Shown here: piece after piece, positions 29,038 through 38,506 of the stretch
Layout of the letters: the number at the start of each line of letters is the position of its first letter
Numbering within the stretch: the first letter of the stretch is position 1
From: an uncultured Muribaculaceae bacterium
GTDB lineage: Bacteria > Bacillota_I > Bacilli_A > RF39 > UBA660
Direction: 5' to 3'
NCBI GenBank assembly: GCA_964458035.1
Contig: CAYWFZ010000005.1
Span: forward strand, 1-55,737
Length of the DNA: 55,737 nt
The notes under the pieces: model-generated
What the model saw: only the letters and a program-made list of their open reading frames with translations
The model's database searches: none
What the model was told of the DNA's origin: nothing
Position numbers and translations under genes: made by a program

Positions 29038-32000
29038 ACCATAGTTATTTGCTGATGTACCACCGGTTTGAATAGCTGTACCGCCATTGTTGTTGATTGT
29101 ACATCCACCAGTTGTGTTAATTACTTCTCCACCGGACATATTGATTTTTCCGGCATTTATACTGATTGTTGGAACATGAGAGTTATTTTCAAAATAACCT
29201 CCATATATATTTATAGTAGCAGCGTAGTTAAGTTTTTCCTCTGCTGTTTCATTATCTTCGTTGGATATTCTTTGTACTATTACATTGTTTGCATCAGCAT
29301 GGTAGTTTCCAGAATATATATTAAGTTCTCCTTTATTTGCTATTAATGGATATTCTAGTAATCCTGTGCTAGTAATTGAAAGATCTGCACCATCAGTTGA
29401 TCCAAAATTAGCAACTGCATTTTCAGCTATAGAGATAGCGTTTCCCTGTGAGCTCTTTGCTTCGTCTGGCGAATACTTATAAGACCCACTTTTTATTGTC
29501 AATTGGCCGCCGCTCAAGGCGTCAAAAAGGGTAGCACTTTTTCCACTTACTATCATGCTTGCATTTTCCACTGTTAAAGTACCACTAACAATAATTGTTC
29601 CAAATGAACTAATGCTCTTTTTACCAATAGCATTAATTGAACAGTTTATTATTTTATTATCCTCATTTGAGCGAACAGCTAAGAATCCATTTTGACCAGT
29701 ATGATTAAATACTGGTGCTGTCATTTCTGATCCTATTGTTATCTTTCCGTAAGATGATATCCCCCTACCGTTACTTGTATTGAGAGTCCCAGCTAGAATG
29801 TTTAAAAATCCATTACTTCTAATACAATTGTAAAACATCCCTCCTCTTCCAATGATATCTACATTTTTCCCTTCAACACCAATGTTTAGTGTTGAACCAG
29901 TGTCTGTATATATAGAATCGTTTTTCCCGTAAGAGTTATCTAAAGTTCCACCATTAATAGTTGCATTCCCTGTTGATTCAACTTGTAGAAGTCCGTAGCC
30001 TTTGACGTTTCCCTCACCAATTGCATATCTTCCTCCATTTATTATTAGACTTCCTGAGACACTGATTGCTCTATTAGTTGAAGTCTCTGTTGTCTGTGTA
30101 AGATTTATATTATCTATTGTTAATTTTGAGTTTTCATAAATATTAAATGCACTTGTGTTTGTTATATTTATATTGCCATTTATTATCTTATTTTCTTCAT
30201 TTGAGCGTACAGACATCATGTTTTTATCGCCAGTATGACTTAGGGTTGGCATTTCTGTTTCTGAGCCTACAGTTACTTTACCAAAAATTCCATATCCAGG
30301 GCCATTACTTGTATTTATTGTTCCGGATTTTATATTAAGATTTCCTGAAGGACTTACTATATAATAATTAGTCCCATTTCCTTTTATATCTATTATTTTT
30401 TCTAACGAACCTATATTTAATGTTGAGCCTGATACTGTAACTATAGCACTTGATTTCCCATAGGTATTATCAAATTCTCCTCCATTTATTGTTGCTGTTC
30501 CTGTTGATTGCACGTTTATAAGCCCATAGCTAGCTTGATTTGTTTCTTCGATTTTATAGACTCCATCATTTATTGTTAAATTTCCTAAAACATTAATTGC
30601 TCGAGTTTCTACAGTTTCTGCTGCTTGAGTAAGATTTATATTATCTATTGTTAGCTTAGAGTTTTCATAAATATTAATTGCATATGTGTTTGTTACATTT
30701 ATATTTCCATTTATTATTTTATTTTCTTCATTTGAATGTACATCCATCATGTTTTTATCGCCAGTATGATTTAGGGTTGGCGTTTCTGTTTCTGTTCCTA
30801 TTGTTAGTTTTCCATAAATTACATACGCATAACCGTTACTTGTATTTATTGTTCCATCTTTTATATTAAGATTTCCTGAAGTTCCTATGGTATAGTTATT
30901 AGTTCCATTCCCAATAATGTCTATTATTTTACCTTCTTCGCCCATGTTCAATGTTGAACCTGCATATGTATATATAGCACCATTTTTCCCGTATGTATTA
31001 TCGAGTGTTCCTCCATTTATGTTTGCTGTTCCAGTTGATTCTACTTGTAGAAGGCCATAGCTTGCTTGATTTGTTTCTCCTGTTTTATATATACCATCAT
31101 TTATTATTAGATTACCTGAGACATTGATAGCACGAGTTATTGCAGTTTCTGTTGCTTGTGTAAGATTTACATTATCTATCGTTAGCTTAGAATTTTTATA
31201 AATATTAATTGCATAAGTGTTTGTTACATTTATATTTCCATTTATTATTTTATTTTCTTCATTCGAACGTACATCCATCATGTTTTTATCGCTAGTATGA
31301 TTTAGGGTTGGCGTTTCTGTTTCTGTTCCTATTGTTAATTTCCCGAAAATTCCATATCCATATCCATTGCTTGTACTTATTGTTCCCTCTTTTATATTAA
31401 GATTTCCTAAAGATTCTACTGTATAATAATCAGCCTCATTTCCAATTAATTCTAGTGTTTTCCCTGATGAACCTATATTTAATGTTGAGCCTGCAAACGC
31501 ATAGATGGAGACGTTTTTCCCATATGTATTGTCAAATGTTCCTCCGTTTATATTTGCTATACCTGTTGATTGTACATTTATAAGGCCATAACTAGCTTGA
31601 TTTGTTTCGCCTATTTTATAGATTCCATCATTTATTGTTAATTCACCAGATACATTAATTGCTCTAGTTTCTACAGTTTTTGCTGCTTGAGTAAGATTTA
31701 TATTATCTATTGTTAATTTTGAATCTTTATAAATATTAAATGCATATGTGTTTGTCACGTTTATATTTCCATTTATTATTTTATTTTCTTCATTCGAGCG
31801 TATTTCCATCATATTTTTAGGATCATTGTGATTTAGGGTTGGTGTTTCTGTTTCTGTTCCTATTGTTAATTTCCCGAAAATTCCATATCCATATCCATTG
31901 CTTGTACTTATTGTTCCCTCTTTTATATTTAAATTTCCTGATGCACTAACTGTATAATAATTGGTGTTATTCCCTATAAAATTAATCACTTTTTCTTCTG

Positions 32001-34317
32001 TTCCTATATTCAAAGTTGAACCCGCATTGGTCAATATAGAAGCAGTGGTCCCATACGCGTTATCAAATGACCCGCCATTAATGGTTGCTGTTCCAGTTGA
32101 TTGGACTTGTAATAAACCATAGCTTGCTTGATTTTTTTCTCCTGTTTTATATATACCATCATTTATTATTAGATTACCTGAGACATTGATAGCTCTATTA
32201 GTCACAGTTTCTGTTGCTTGGGTAAGATTTACATTATCTATTGTTAGCTTTGTATCTTTATTAACATTAAGTACATAAGCATTTGTTACATTTATATTTC
32301 CATTTTTTATTCTATGCCCCTCATTTGAGCGTATATCCATCATATATTTAGTATCAGTGTGATTTAATGTTGGTGTTTCTGTTTCTGTTCCTATTGTTAA
32401 TTTCCCGAAAATTCCATATCCATATCCATTGCTTGTACTTATTGTTCCGTTTATTATATTAAGATTACCCGAAGCGCTTACAGAATAGTAATTTGAATTA
32501 TTTCCAATTATTTCTAGTGTTTTACCTTCTTTCCCAAAATTTACAGTTGATCCAGCAGATGATGATATAGAGCCTCCCTTACCATAAGTATTATCTAATA
32601 CTCCACTGATGATGTTTGCTATAGCATCTTTTGAAACAGTTATTATTCCTAATGATACCGTGTTAGATTCTTTGATTTTTATATTACTATCTATATAATT
32701 CAAAGTTCCTTTATCACTTATAAACTGATCATTTTCTATACAATTTTCAAATTCAAAATTTGAGTTATTAACATTTAAAGTCCCTGATTCTTTTATGTAA
32801 ATCGAACCATTACTTGAGTCCATATTGGAATTATCTATTGTAATTATTCCATAGTTAGTTATCATCGCTTGATCTTGAACATATGAAGCATATGATGTAT
32901 TAATGTTTGATGAAATAATATTCATTGTTGATGATTCATTATTGGTGATAGTGCTTATTACTGTTGTTTCATTTGTATTGTTATTATGGTTAATTGTTGT
33001 ATTATCAGTTACATTTAATGTTCCATTGTTTTCAAGAACATATTCACCATCTGCATCTATCATTCCATTTTTTATAGTCAAAGTTCCTGAATTTGTTAAC
33101 TTATAATCATCAAAGTTTACTTTAAACTCATTTAAGTTTAATATTACATTTTTATCGGTTGTAATATTTTTTGGAATTGAGTTTGCTTTTATTACATCTA
33201 TTGTTGTTTCATCTGTATTATTGATGTAATTAAATGCATTGTTTAGTGTTCTAAATTGTTTTTCACCAATTTTTGCAACTCCGTCTCCATAATTTGCATT
33301 TAAAGTAATGTCTGTATTATAGGTACTGGAGTCTGTAACTGTCGTACCATTTTCTTTCCAGTCTACAAATGCAAGTGTTTCGTGATCGATTTCAGTTGGT
33401 AAGAATCCAATTGGTTCTCCTTCAATAATTGTACTTGTGAATCCACTCGTTAATCCACCTGTTGTATCAAATGTTAAAGTATGTGTTGTTGGAGTTCCTG
33501 GATTGATTGTTGAATATCTTATTTCATAATTTGGTAATGAAATTTTACCATTAATGGTATTGAAACTTGCCTTCTCACTTGCAAGCTCAGTTAATTCTTC
33601 ATACGAAAGAGAACTGAGTTCTTCTTCAGTTTTATTATTAAATAATAGGAATTCATAGTCGCCACCAGTTAGACCACTGACTAAAAACATACCTCTTCCA
33701 TCTGTTATTGTAAAGTTTTTACTGTTGGGGGATACAATAGCAGCTACCATATTTGAAACAGGTATATCATCATTTAACAAATAACCATAGGTATAATATT
33801 CGTGAGTTTCAAGAATAGTTTCATTTGCAGTACCTTTTTCTAAAGCTTTTGCTCCAATAGTACAAGCTAGAGTTTTATCAAACTCTTCATCACCTGTATA
33901 TGGCTTTTTTAGAGTTGCTTTTACTTTTCCTCTTGCTCTTTCTTTTGCGGGTATTATTTCTTTTTCTATTGAATATTCAAGGTCAACATAATCTAATATT
34001 TCTGGTGATTTTGCAACACAGTTTATTTCAACTTCAGCATCATATTGACGAGAATTGTTTGTAACTTCATAATCTAATGTTGATACATCTCCTACTAATG
34101 ATAATTCATTTGTCTCAAAATCTATTATTTGTTTATTATCTTTAATTATTGAATTACTTTTATCAGCGTCATCTAGTATAGCTTCACTAAAGAATATCTG
34201 AAAATCTTGTTCATTTGATCCAATTAGTGTTACTCCATTTAATACTAGAGTTGTAGAAACTGTAGCAAAACCTATTACTAATAAAGTTATTAAAAATAAT
34301 AATCTTTTCCTTGTCAT
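29017..34317 (-). CDS. Large secreted protein 3, paralogue with expanded 177-aa repeats
   Basis: Same architecture; about 356 aa longer than paralogue 2, equal to two extra repeats. Confidence 0.85.
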   Translation of the reverse strand: MTRKRLLFLITLLVIGFATVSTTLVLNGVTLIGSNEQDFQIFFSEAILDDADKSNSIIKDNKQIIDFETNELSLVGDVSTLDYEVTNNSRQYDAEVEINCVAKSPEILDYVDLEYSIEKEIIPAKERARGKVKATLKKPYTGDEEFDKTLACTIGAKALEKGTANETILETHEYYTYGYLLNDDIPVSNMVAAIVSPNSKNFTITDGRGMFLVSGLTGGDYEFLLFNNKTEEELSSLSYEELTELASEKASFNTINGKISLPNYEIRYSTINPGTPTTHTLTFDTTGGLTSGFTSTIIEGEPIGFLPTEIDHETLAFVDWKENGTTVTDSSTYNTDITLNANYGDGVAKIGEKQFRTLNNAFNYINNTDETTIDVIKANSIPKNITTDKNVILNLNEFKVNFDDYKLTNSGTLTIKNGMIDADGEYVLENNGTLNVTDNTTINHNNNTNETTVISTITNNESSTMNIISSNINTSYASYVQDQAMITNYGIITIDNSNMDSSNGSIYIKESGTLNVNNSNFEFENCIENDQFISDKGTLNYIDSNIKIKESNTVSLGIITVSKDAIANIISGVLDNTYGKGGSISSSAGSTVNFGKEGKTLEIIGNNSNYYSVSASGNLNIINGTISTSNGYGYGIFGKLTIGTETETPTLNHTDTKYMMDIRSNEGHRIKNGNINVTNAYVLNVNKDTKLTIDNVNLTQATETVTNRAINVSGNLIINDGIYKTGEKNQASYGLLQVQSTGTATINGGSFDNAYGTTASILTNAGSTLNIGTEEKVINFIGNNTNYYTVSASGNLNIKEGTISTSNGYGYGIFGKLTIGTETETPTLNHNDPKNMMEIRSNEENKIINGNINVTNTYAFNIYKDSKLTIDNINLTQAAKTVETRAINVSGELTINDGIYKIGETNQASYGLINVQSTGIANINGGTFDNTYGKNVSIYAFAGSTLNIGSSGKTLELIGNEADYYTVESLGNLNIKEGTISTSNGYGYGIFGKLTIGTETETPTLNHTSDKNMMDVRSNEENKIINGNINVTNTYAINIYKNSKLTIDNVNLTQATETAITRAINVSGNLIINDGIYKTGETNQASYGLLQVESTGTANINGGTLDNTYGKNGAIYTYAGSTLNMGEEGKIIDIIGNGTNNYTIGTSGNLNIKDGTINTSNGYAYVIYGKLTIGTETETPTLNHTGDKNMMDVHSNEENKIINGNINVTNTYAINIYENSKLTIDNINLTQAAETVETRAINVLGNLTINDGVYKIEETNQASYGLINVQSTGTATINGGEFDNTYGKSSAIVTVSGSTLNIGSLEKIIDIKGNGTNYYIVSPSGNLNIKSGTINTSNGPGYGIFGKVTVGSETEMPTLSHTGDKNMMSVRSNEENKIINGNINITNTSAFNIYENSKLTIDNINLTQTTETSTNRAISVSGSLIINGGRYAIGEGNVKGYGLLQVESTGNATINGGTLDNSYGKNDSIYTDTGSTLNIGVEGKNVDIIGRGGMFYNCIRSNGFLNILAGTLNTSNGRGISSYGKITIGSEMTAPVFNHTGQNGFLAVRSNEDNKIINCSINAIGKKSISSFGTIIVSGTLTVENASMIVSGKSATLFDALSGGQLTIKSGSYKYSPDEAKSSQGNAISIAENAVANFGSTDGADLSITSTGLLEYPLIANKGELNIYSGNYHADANNVIVQRISNEDNETAEEKLNYAATINIYGGYFENNSHVPTISINAGKINMSGGEVINTTGGCTINNNGGTAIQTGGTSANNYGVTVQQP
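29750..32470 (-). repeat. Intragenic tandem repeat, 531-bp period (177 aa), about 5 units
   Basis: TTTCCCGAAAATTCCATATCCATATCCATTGC starts at 31339, 31870 and 32401; KxTxGxExxxPxxxH motif occurs six times; boundaries approximate. Confidence 0.9.
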
Positions 34318-34318
34318 A

Positions 34319-34912
34319 CTATTCACCTACGTATTCTACTAATACTTTATAATTATCTGTTGCTACATTATTAAGAGTTTTAATTTCAAATTCAGAAGAT
34401 GATCCAACACGCACTTCTTTGTGGTCACTTGAGCTTCCTTTTAAATTATTATTTGAATCATAAAATTCAACTTTAATAATTACTTTCTCTTTTCCGCTAA
34501 TATTTTTTATTAAACCTTTTACTGTTGATATCTTTTCATTTTTACTAAATTTAACATCAGTAATTTCATAATTCTTTTGAATGGCTTCATCAGCTTTTTT
34601 ATAGCCTTCAAATTCTTTAGAACTGCTTACACTGACATCTTTTTCTGGCATTTCAATTTTGCCTGTTGGTTCTTCATAAACGGGTTCCTCAGCTAGTTCA
34701 TCATTTGGTGTCTCATTATTATCATCTAGTGGATTATGTTCAACATTGCCATTATTATCCATCTTAGTTCCATTCTCATTATCGCTTTTCTCTTCGGTTC
34801 TTTCTTTTCTTGATGAAAGTATGTTTTTTTCTTTATTTATAAAATTTATAGAAAATATTACTAATACAGCTATAGCTATCATCATTATGATTAAAATAAC
34901 TCTGTTCTTCAT
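34319..34912 (-). CDS. Membrane-anchored protein with C-terminal FxLYD-like Ig domain
   Basis: N-terminal TM, acidic linker, VKGLIKNISG...VEFYDSNNNLKG; stop abuts the start of large protein 3. Confidence 0.75.
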   Translation of the reverse strand: MKNRVILIIMMIAIAVLVIFSINFINKEKNILSSRKERTEEKSDNENGTKMDNNGNVEHNPLDDNNETPNDELAEEPVYEEPTGKIEMPEKDVSVSSSKEFEGYKKADEAIQKNYEITDVKFSKNEKISTVKGLIKNISGKEKVIIKVEFYDSNNNLKGSSSDHKEVRVGSSSEFEIKTLNNVATDNYKVLVEYVGE

Positions 34913-34982
34913 ACTTATCACCCTATTCTATATTTATTATAACAAATAAAATGCTTTCTTACTAGCAAAACAAAAAAAGAAT

Positions 34983-36209
34983 CTAGTTACCTAGATTCTT
35001 TTTGTTTATTTTAGCTTTAACTACTTTTTCATTTATCATATCAACCTTAGTATAATAATCTGTATCTGTTGGTAAATTCTTTTTCTTTAATCTCTTATCT
35101 GTAAACTCATTAAATATTTCATAAATAATTGTGAAACATGGTACACCAATTAACATACCTACTATACCAAATAATCCACCAAATAAGGTAATTGCAAATA
35201 ATACCCAGAATGATGGTAATCCAGTTGCTTGTTTTTGAATTCTTGGTGTAATAAAGTTTGCATCAATTTGTTGTAGGATTACCATAAACAAGATGAATGT
35301 TATAGCTTTTACTGGATCTACTAAAAGAATTAAAAGAACAGATGGAACAGATCCAATGTAAGGTCCAAAATATGGTATTAAATCAGTTAAACAAATAATA
35401 ACCGCTATTAAAAGTGGATATGGATATTTAAATATAAGCAAGAATACAAGAGTACACAAACCAACAGTTCCTGAATCACATATCTTTCCAATCATAAATT
35501 GACCAAATACATGATTTATATGACCTACCTCATCAATAAAACCATTTACTTTATCAACATTAAATATTGAGTATAGATTTTTTCTGATTCCTGCACTAAA
35601 GGTTTTAGTGTTAGCAAGTATATAAACAGCAAAGACAAAACCAATTGCAAAATTAAATATAAAGGAAATAATACCAAATATTCCACTACTTAATTTTGAT
35701 AAAGCTCCATTAGCAATAGGTAGTACAACATTATTAAGTGCTGTTGTTAAATATTCACTTATAACTTCATAGTTATTAAGTAAACTTGATTCAACATCTG
35801 AATTTGTAAATGTTTCCTTTAACCATTCACCCAAATCATTAAAATAAATTGGTGCATTGATAATAATGGATTGGATACTTAAAAGTAATTGTGGTATTAT
35901 GAAACTTATTAATGTAACTAAAACTCCAACTATTATTACAAATGTACAAAATATACTTAAATTTCTTCTTGTTGTTTCTTTAGTTACTTTATTAAATACT
36001 TTATGGTCAAATAAATTAACTAAAGGATGCATTATGTATGCTAATACTAAGCCATATATAAGCGGCATTAATATACGTATAATCATACTAAAGAAATTAA
36101 TCACATATCTTACATGGAATAAACAAAATCCAAAAAGAATACATGCTGCAATAACACAAAATGCGGTAATTCCAATTTGAACAATTTTATTGTCTAATAT
36201 TTTTTTCAT
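34983..36209 (-). CDS. AI-2E family transporter
   Basis: LAYIMHPLV, DLIPYFGPYIG, LQQIDANFITPRI, GGLFGIVGMLIGVP. Confidence 0.93.
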   Translation of the reverse strand: MKKILDNKIVQIGITAFCVIAACILFGFCLFHVRYVINFFSMIIRILMPLIYGLVLAYIMHPLVNLFDHKVFNKVTKETTRRNLSIFCTFVIIVGVLVTLISFIIPQLLLSIQSIIINAPIYFNDLGEWLKETFTNSDVESSLLNNYEVISEYLTTALNNVVLPIANGALSKLSSGIFGIISFIFNFAIGFVFAVYILANTKTFSAGIRKNLYSIFNVDKVNGFIDEVGHINHVFGQFMIGKICDSGTVGLCTLVFLLIFKYPYPLLIAVIICLTDLIPYFGPYIGSVPSVLLILLVDPVKAITFILFMVILQQIDANFITPRIQKQATGLPSFWVLFAITLFGGLFGIVGMLIGVPCFTIIYEIFNEFTDKRLKKKNLPTDTDYYTKVDMINEKVVKAKINKKNLGN

Positions 36210-36307
36210 TATATCACCTAATTTTATTATATATCATTTCAAAAAATATTCCTATATTTTTTGTAAATTAGTATGTCATAATAATTCTATTATTGTCACA
36301 ATATAAG

Positions 36308-38089
36308 TTATTCTTTTCCTAAATATGTAATTTTAGCGTAGCCGTCGCCAGTATTACTTCCTTTAGTAGTTGAGGCATTTTTAATATATTCACTTGCATA
36401 ACTTGTACCGGCATATTGGGTATTACCTCCATAGTATCCACCACCGCCTCCTATTGAACCTTGAAAGATTGTGTTATTACTTGACGATTCGGACTTTCCT
36501 TCCGCATATGAATAAGACTCTATTGTTTCTCCTTCTGTCTTATTACAACCTAGGCTATAGGTTACACCTATAACACAATTTCTACAAGTAACCTGTTGCC
36601 CGTCTAGTGATGGTGTTCCAACTGAATGATGAGTAACATGCTTACCACATCTAGGGCAAAAATAATTGTATTGGTTTGCAGCTCCTCCATCCCATTCCCC
36701 GTTTCCTTGCAATGTATAAGTGTAGTAGCTTGAATGAGATACGGTATAGCAACCGCCCCCGCTAGAGCTAGAACCTGAATGTACATGATAGTTCGGTGTA
36801 GTGTAACTTCCTCCTCCACCACCGGCTACAAGAATTCGATTATTTAATGCAACTCCATCTAAACGGATATCCGAAGCTCCTCCGCCGACTGCTTGTTGTG
36901 AACTGCCTTCTCCTCCTCCGTTATAACCATTTTGTCCACCAATAAAAATACTGAGTGATTTACTTTTTTGTAATGATATTGTCCCTGTTTGAAGTGCTCC
37001 TTTTCCTCCTTCGACAGAGTCATTTAAAGATCCACCTTGTGCGCCATTTAGTTCAATTTTATAAACACCTGTGGAGCCCGCTGTAAATGTTTGTTCAGCG
37101 CCAGTATATGAATAGTTGTATACCCCTTTAGTTACTGATATAGAACATGTACTATTTTTTGGTGAACTATTATTGTTTATTCTTATTGTTTCTCTATTGT
37201 AAACTGCTGTTGATTCATCAAAGTTTTCTACTATATATCCATTAGTACATTCTATTTTTGAAATATAGTTTTCTTCTCCTACTGTTATAAGAGTATCTAC
37301 AGATTCTCCGAATGGTACATTTATTTCGGATATTTCTGTTTTATCCGAATATATTTTTTTTAGTTCAACTGAATATGTGTTTTTTGACCATTGAGCATAT
37401 AGGTTTCTGTTCCCTTTTGTATCAAGAATAGTGTCGCCACTAACCATCACATCATCTTCATTGAACCATCCGATGAATTCATACCCTTCTTTTTCTGGTG
37501 TTGCAAGGTTTCCGTAATTTTGATTATATTCAACCATCTTATCCTCTACGCTTGTTCCACCATTGGAATCAAATATTAGTGAGTATGCATAGTTTGTTCT
37601 ACTCGTTGCAATAACTTCTATTGTACATGCTATTTTTATTTCTTGAGTTTCAAGGGATGCTTTAGTTAACTTAACATTTATATATCCCGACTTAATCTCT
37701 TGAGCTTGCATGTTTACTACATTTTCTAATGGTAAAGTCTTACCATCAAATGAACTTGTTACTTCTACATAGTTATTTGCATCATTTGTACAATTAATTG
37801 TTACATCTCCATCATACTGAGTGCTTATATTTTTTACCTTATAATCTATTCTAGCTGTATCATTTATATTTGAAAGTACATTTGTTGTGAATGTCAATGT
37901 TTTCTTATCTTCATTTATAGAAACGTCATTACTTGTTTCTCCATTAAGAAGGCCTTCAATGAACACTACATCGAAGTCCTCTAAATTTGCTGCAACATTA
38001 GTATTTCCATTTATTGCTAGTGTTGCTGATATACTTGCAAAACCTATCACTAATAAAAAAATTAATAAAAAAAACTGTTTCTTCTTCAT
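36308..38089 (-). CDS. Secreted protein: pilin-like N-domain, InlB B-repeat, glycine-rich domain with Cys/His insert
   Basis: IGFASISATLAING; FDSNGG..PEKEGYEFIGW..LYAQW; YTGAEQTF..GVYKIELNGAQGG, GGGASDIR, LVAGGGGG, GDGYAKIT. Confidence 0.85.
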   Translation of the reverse strand: MKKKQFFLLIFLLVIGFASISATLAINGNTNVAANLEDFDVVFIEGLLNGETSNDVSINEDKKTLTFTTNVLSNINDTARIDYKVKNISTQYDGDVTINCTNDANNYVEVTSSFDGKTLPLENVVNMQAQEIKSGYINVKLTKASLETQEIKIACTIEVIATSRTNYAYSLIFDSNGGTSVEDKMVEYNQNYGNLATPEKEGYEFIGWFNEDDVMVSGDTILDTKGNRNLYAQWSKNTYSVELKKIYSDKTEISEINVPFGESVDTLITVGEENYISKIECTNGYIVENFDESTAVYNRETIRINNNSSPKNSTCSISVTKGVYNYSYTGAEQTFTAGSTGVYKIELNGAQGGSLNDSVEGGKGALQTGTISLQKSKSLSIFIGGQNGYNGGGEGSSQQAVGGGASDIRLDGVALNNRILVAGGGGGSYTTPNYHVHSGSSSSGGGCYTVSHSSYYTYTLQGNGEWDGGAANQYNYFCPRCGKHVTHHSVGTPSLDGQQVTCRNCVIGVTYSLGCNKTEGETIESYSYAEGKSESSSNNTIFQGSIGGGGGYYGGNTQYAGTSYASEYIKNASTTKGSNTGDGYAKITYLGKE

Positions 38090-38181
38090 ATTATCACCAT
38101 TACTGTTATGACATTATTGTCATATTATAATTCTATTATAACATTTAGTATGTGTAATTTTCAATATTCTATATGTCTTCG

Positions 38182-38204
38182 ATGTCATACAAATTTTATG
38201 ACAT
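38182..38204. promoter_or_regulatory. Palindromic candidate operator of the XRE regulator
   Basis: ATGTCATA-N7-TATGACAT; further ATGACA/TGTCAT pair at about 38108-38123. Confidence 0.5.
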
Positions 38205-38236
38205 TTATTTCATAATGATTATATAAGGTGACTAAC

Positions 38237-38455
38237 ATGTTCGAAAAATACAGAAAAAAAGCTAAAATGACACAAGAGCAAGTTGCAGAAAAGACCAATA
38301 TAAGTTGGCGTCAATTACAAAGAATAGAAAAAGGTATTTCCATTCCAACTATTGAAACATTTGCTAAGCTAATAACTGTTTTAAATATTAGTGATGAAGA
38401 TGCTTTACAATATATAAAACAATTTGACGAAGAAAAAGTAAAAGAATATGTCTAA
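38237..38455 (+). CDS. XRE/Cro family HTH transcriptional regulator
   Basis: RKKAKMTQEQVAEKTNISWRQLQRIEKGISIPT; SD AAGGTG. Confidence 0.92.
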   Translation: MFEKYRKKAKMTQEQVAEKTNISWRQLQRIEKGISIPTIETFAKLITVLNISDEDALQYIKQFDEEKVKEYV

Positions 38456-38479
38456 AACTTACGCATATTCTTTTTTTTT
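38437..38479 (+). terminator. Intrinsic terminator after XRE gene
   Basis: AAAAGAATATG...CATATTCTTTT followed by T tract. Confidence 0.65.
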
Positions 38480-38506
38480 ATGGTTAGAATATTAACGGTG
38501 AAGAAA

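Noticed and set aside
29750-32470. CRISPR array or DGR-like repeats
   Set aside because: The repeats are 531-bp in-frame coding units; no short repeat-spacer pattern, cas gene or reverse transcriptase is present in the window
36604-36822. 72-aa alternative-frame ORF inside the glycine-rich gene
   Set aside because: Same-strand overlap within a GC-richer segment with few stop codons; no independent support
20088-37016. Additional TGTCGAA heptamers at about 20088, 21903, 27140 and 37010
   Set aside because: They lie inside coding sequences, lack the full TTT extension, and are plausibly chance matches
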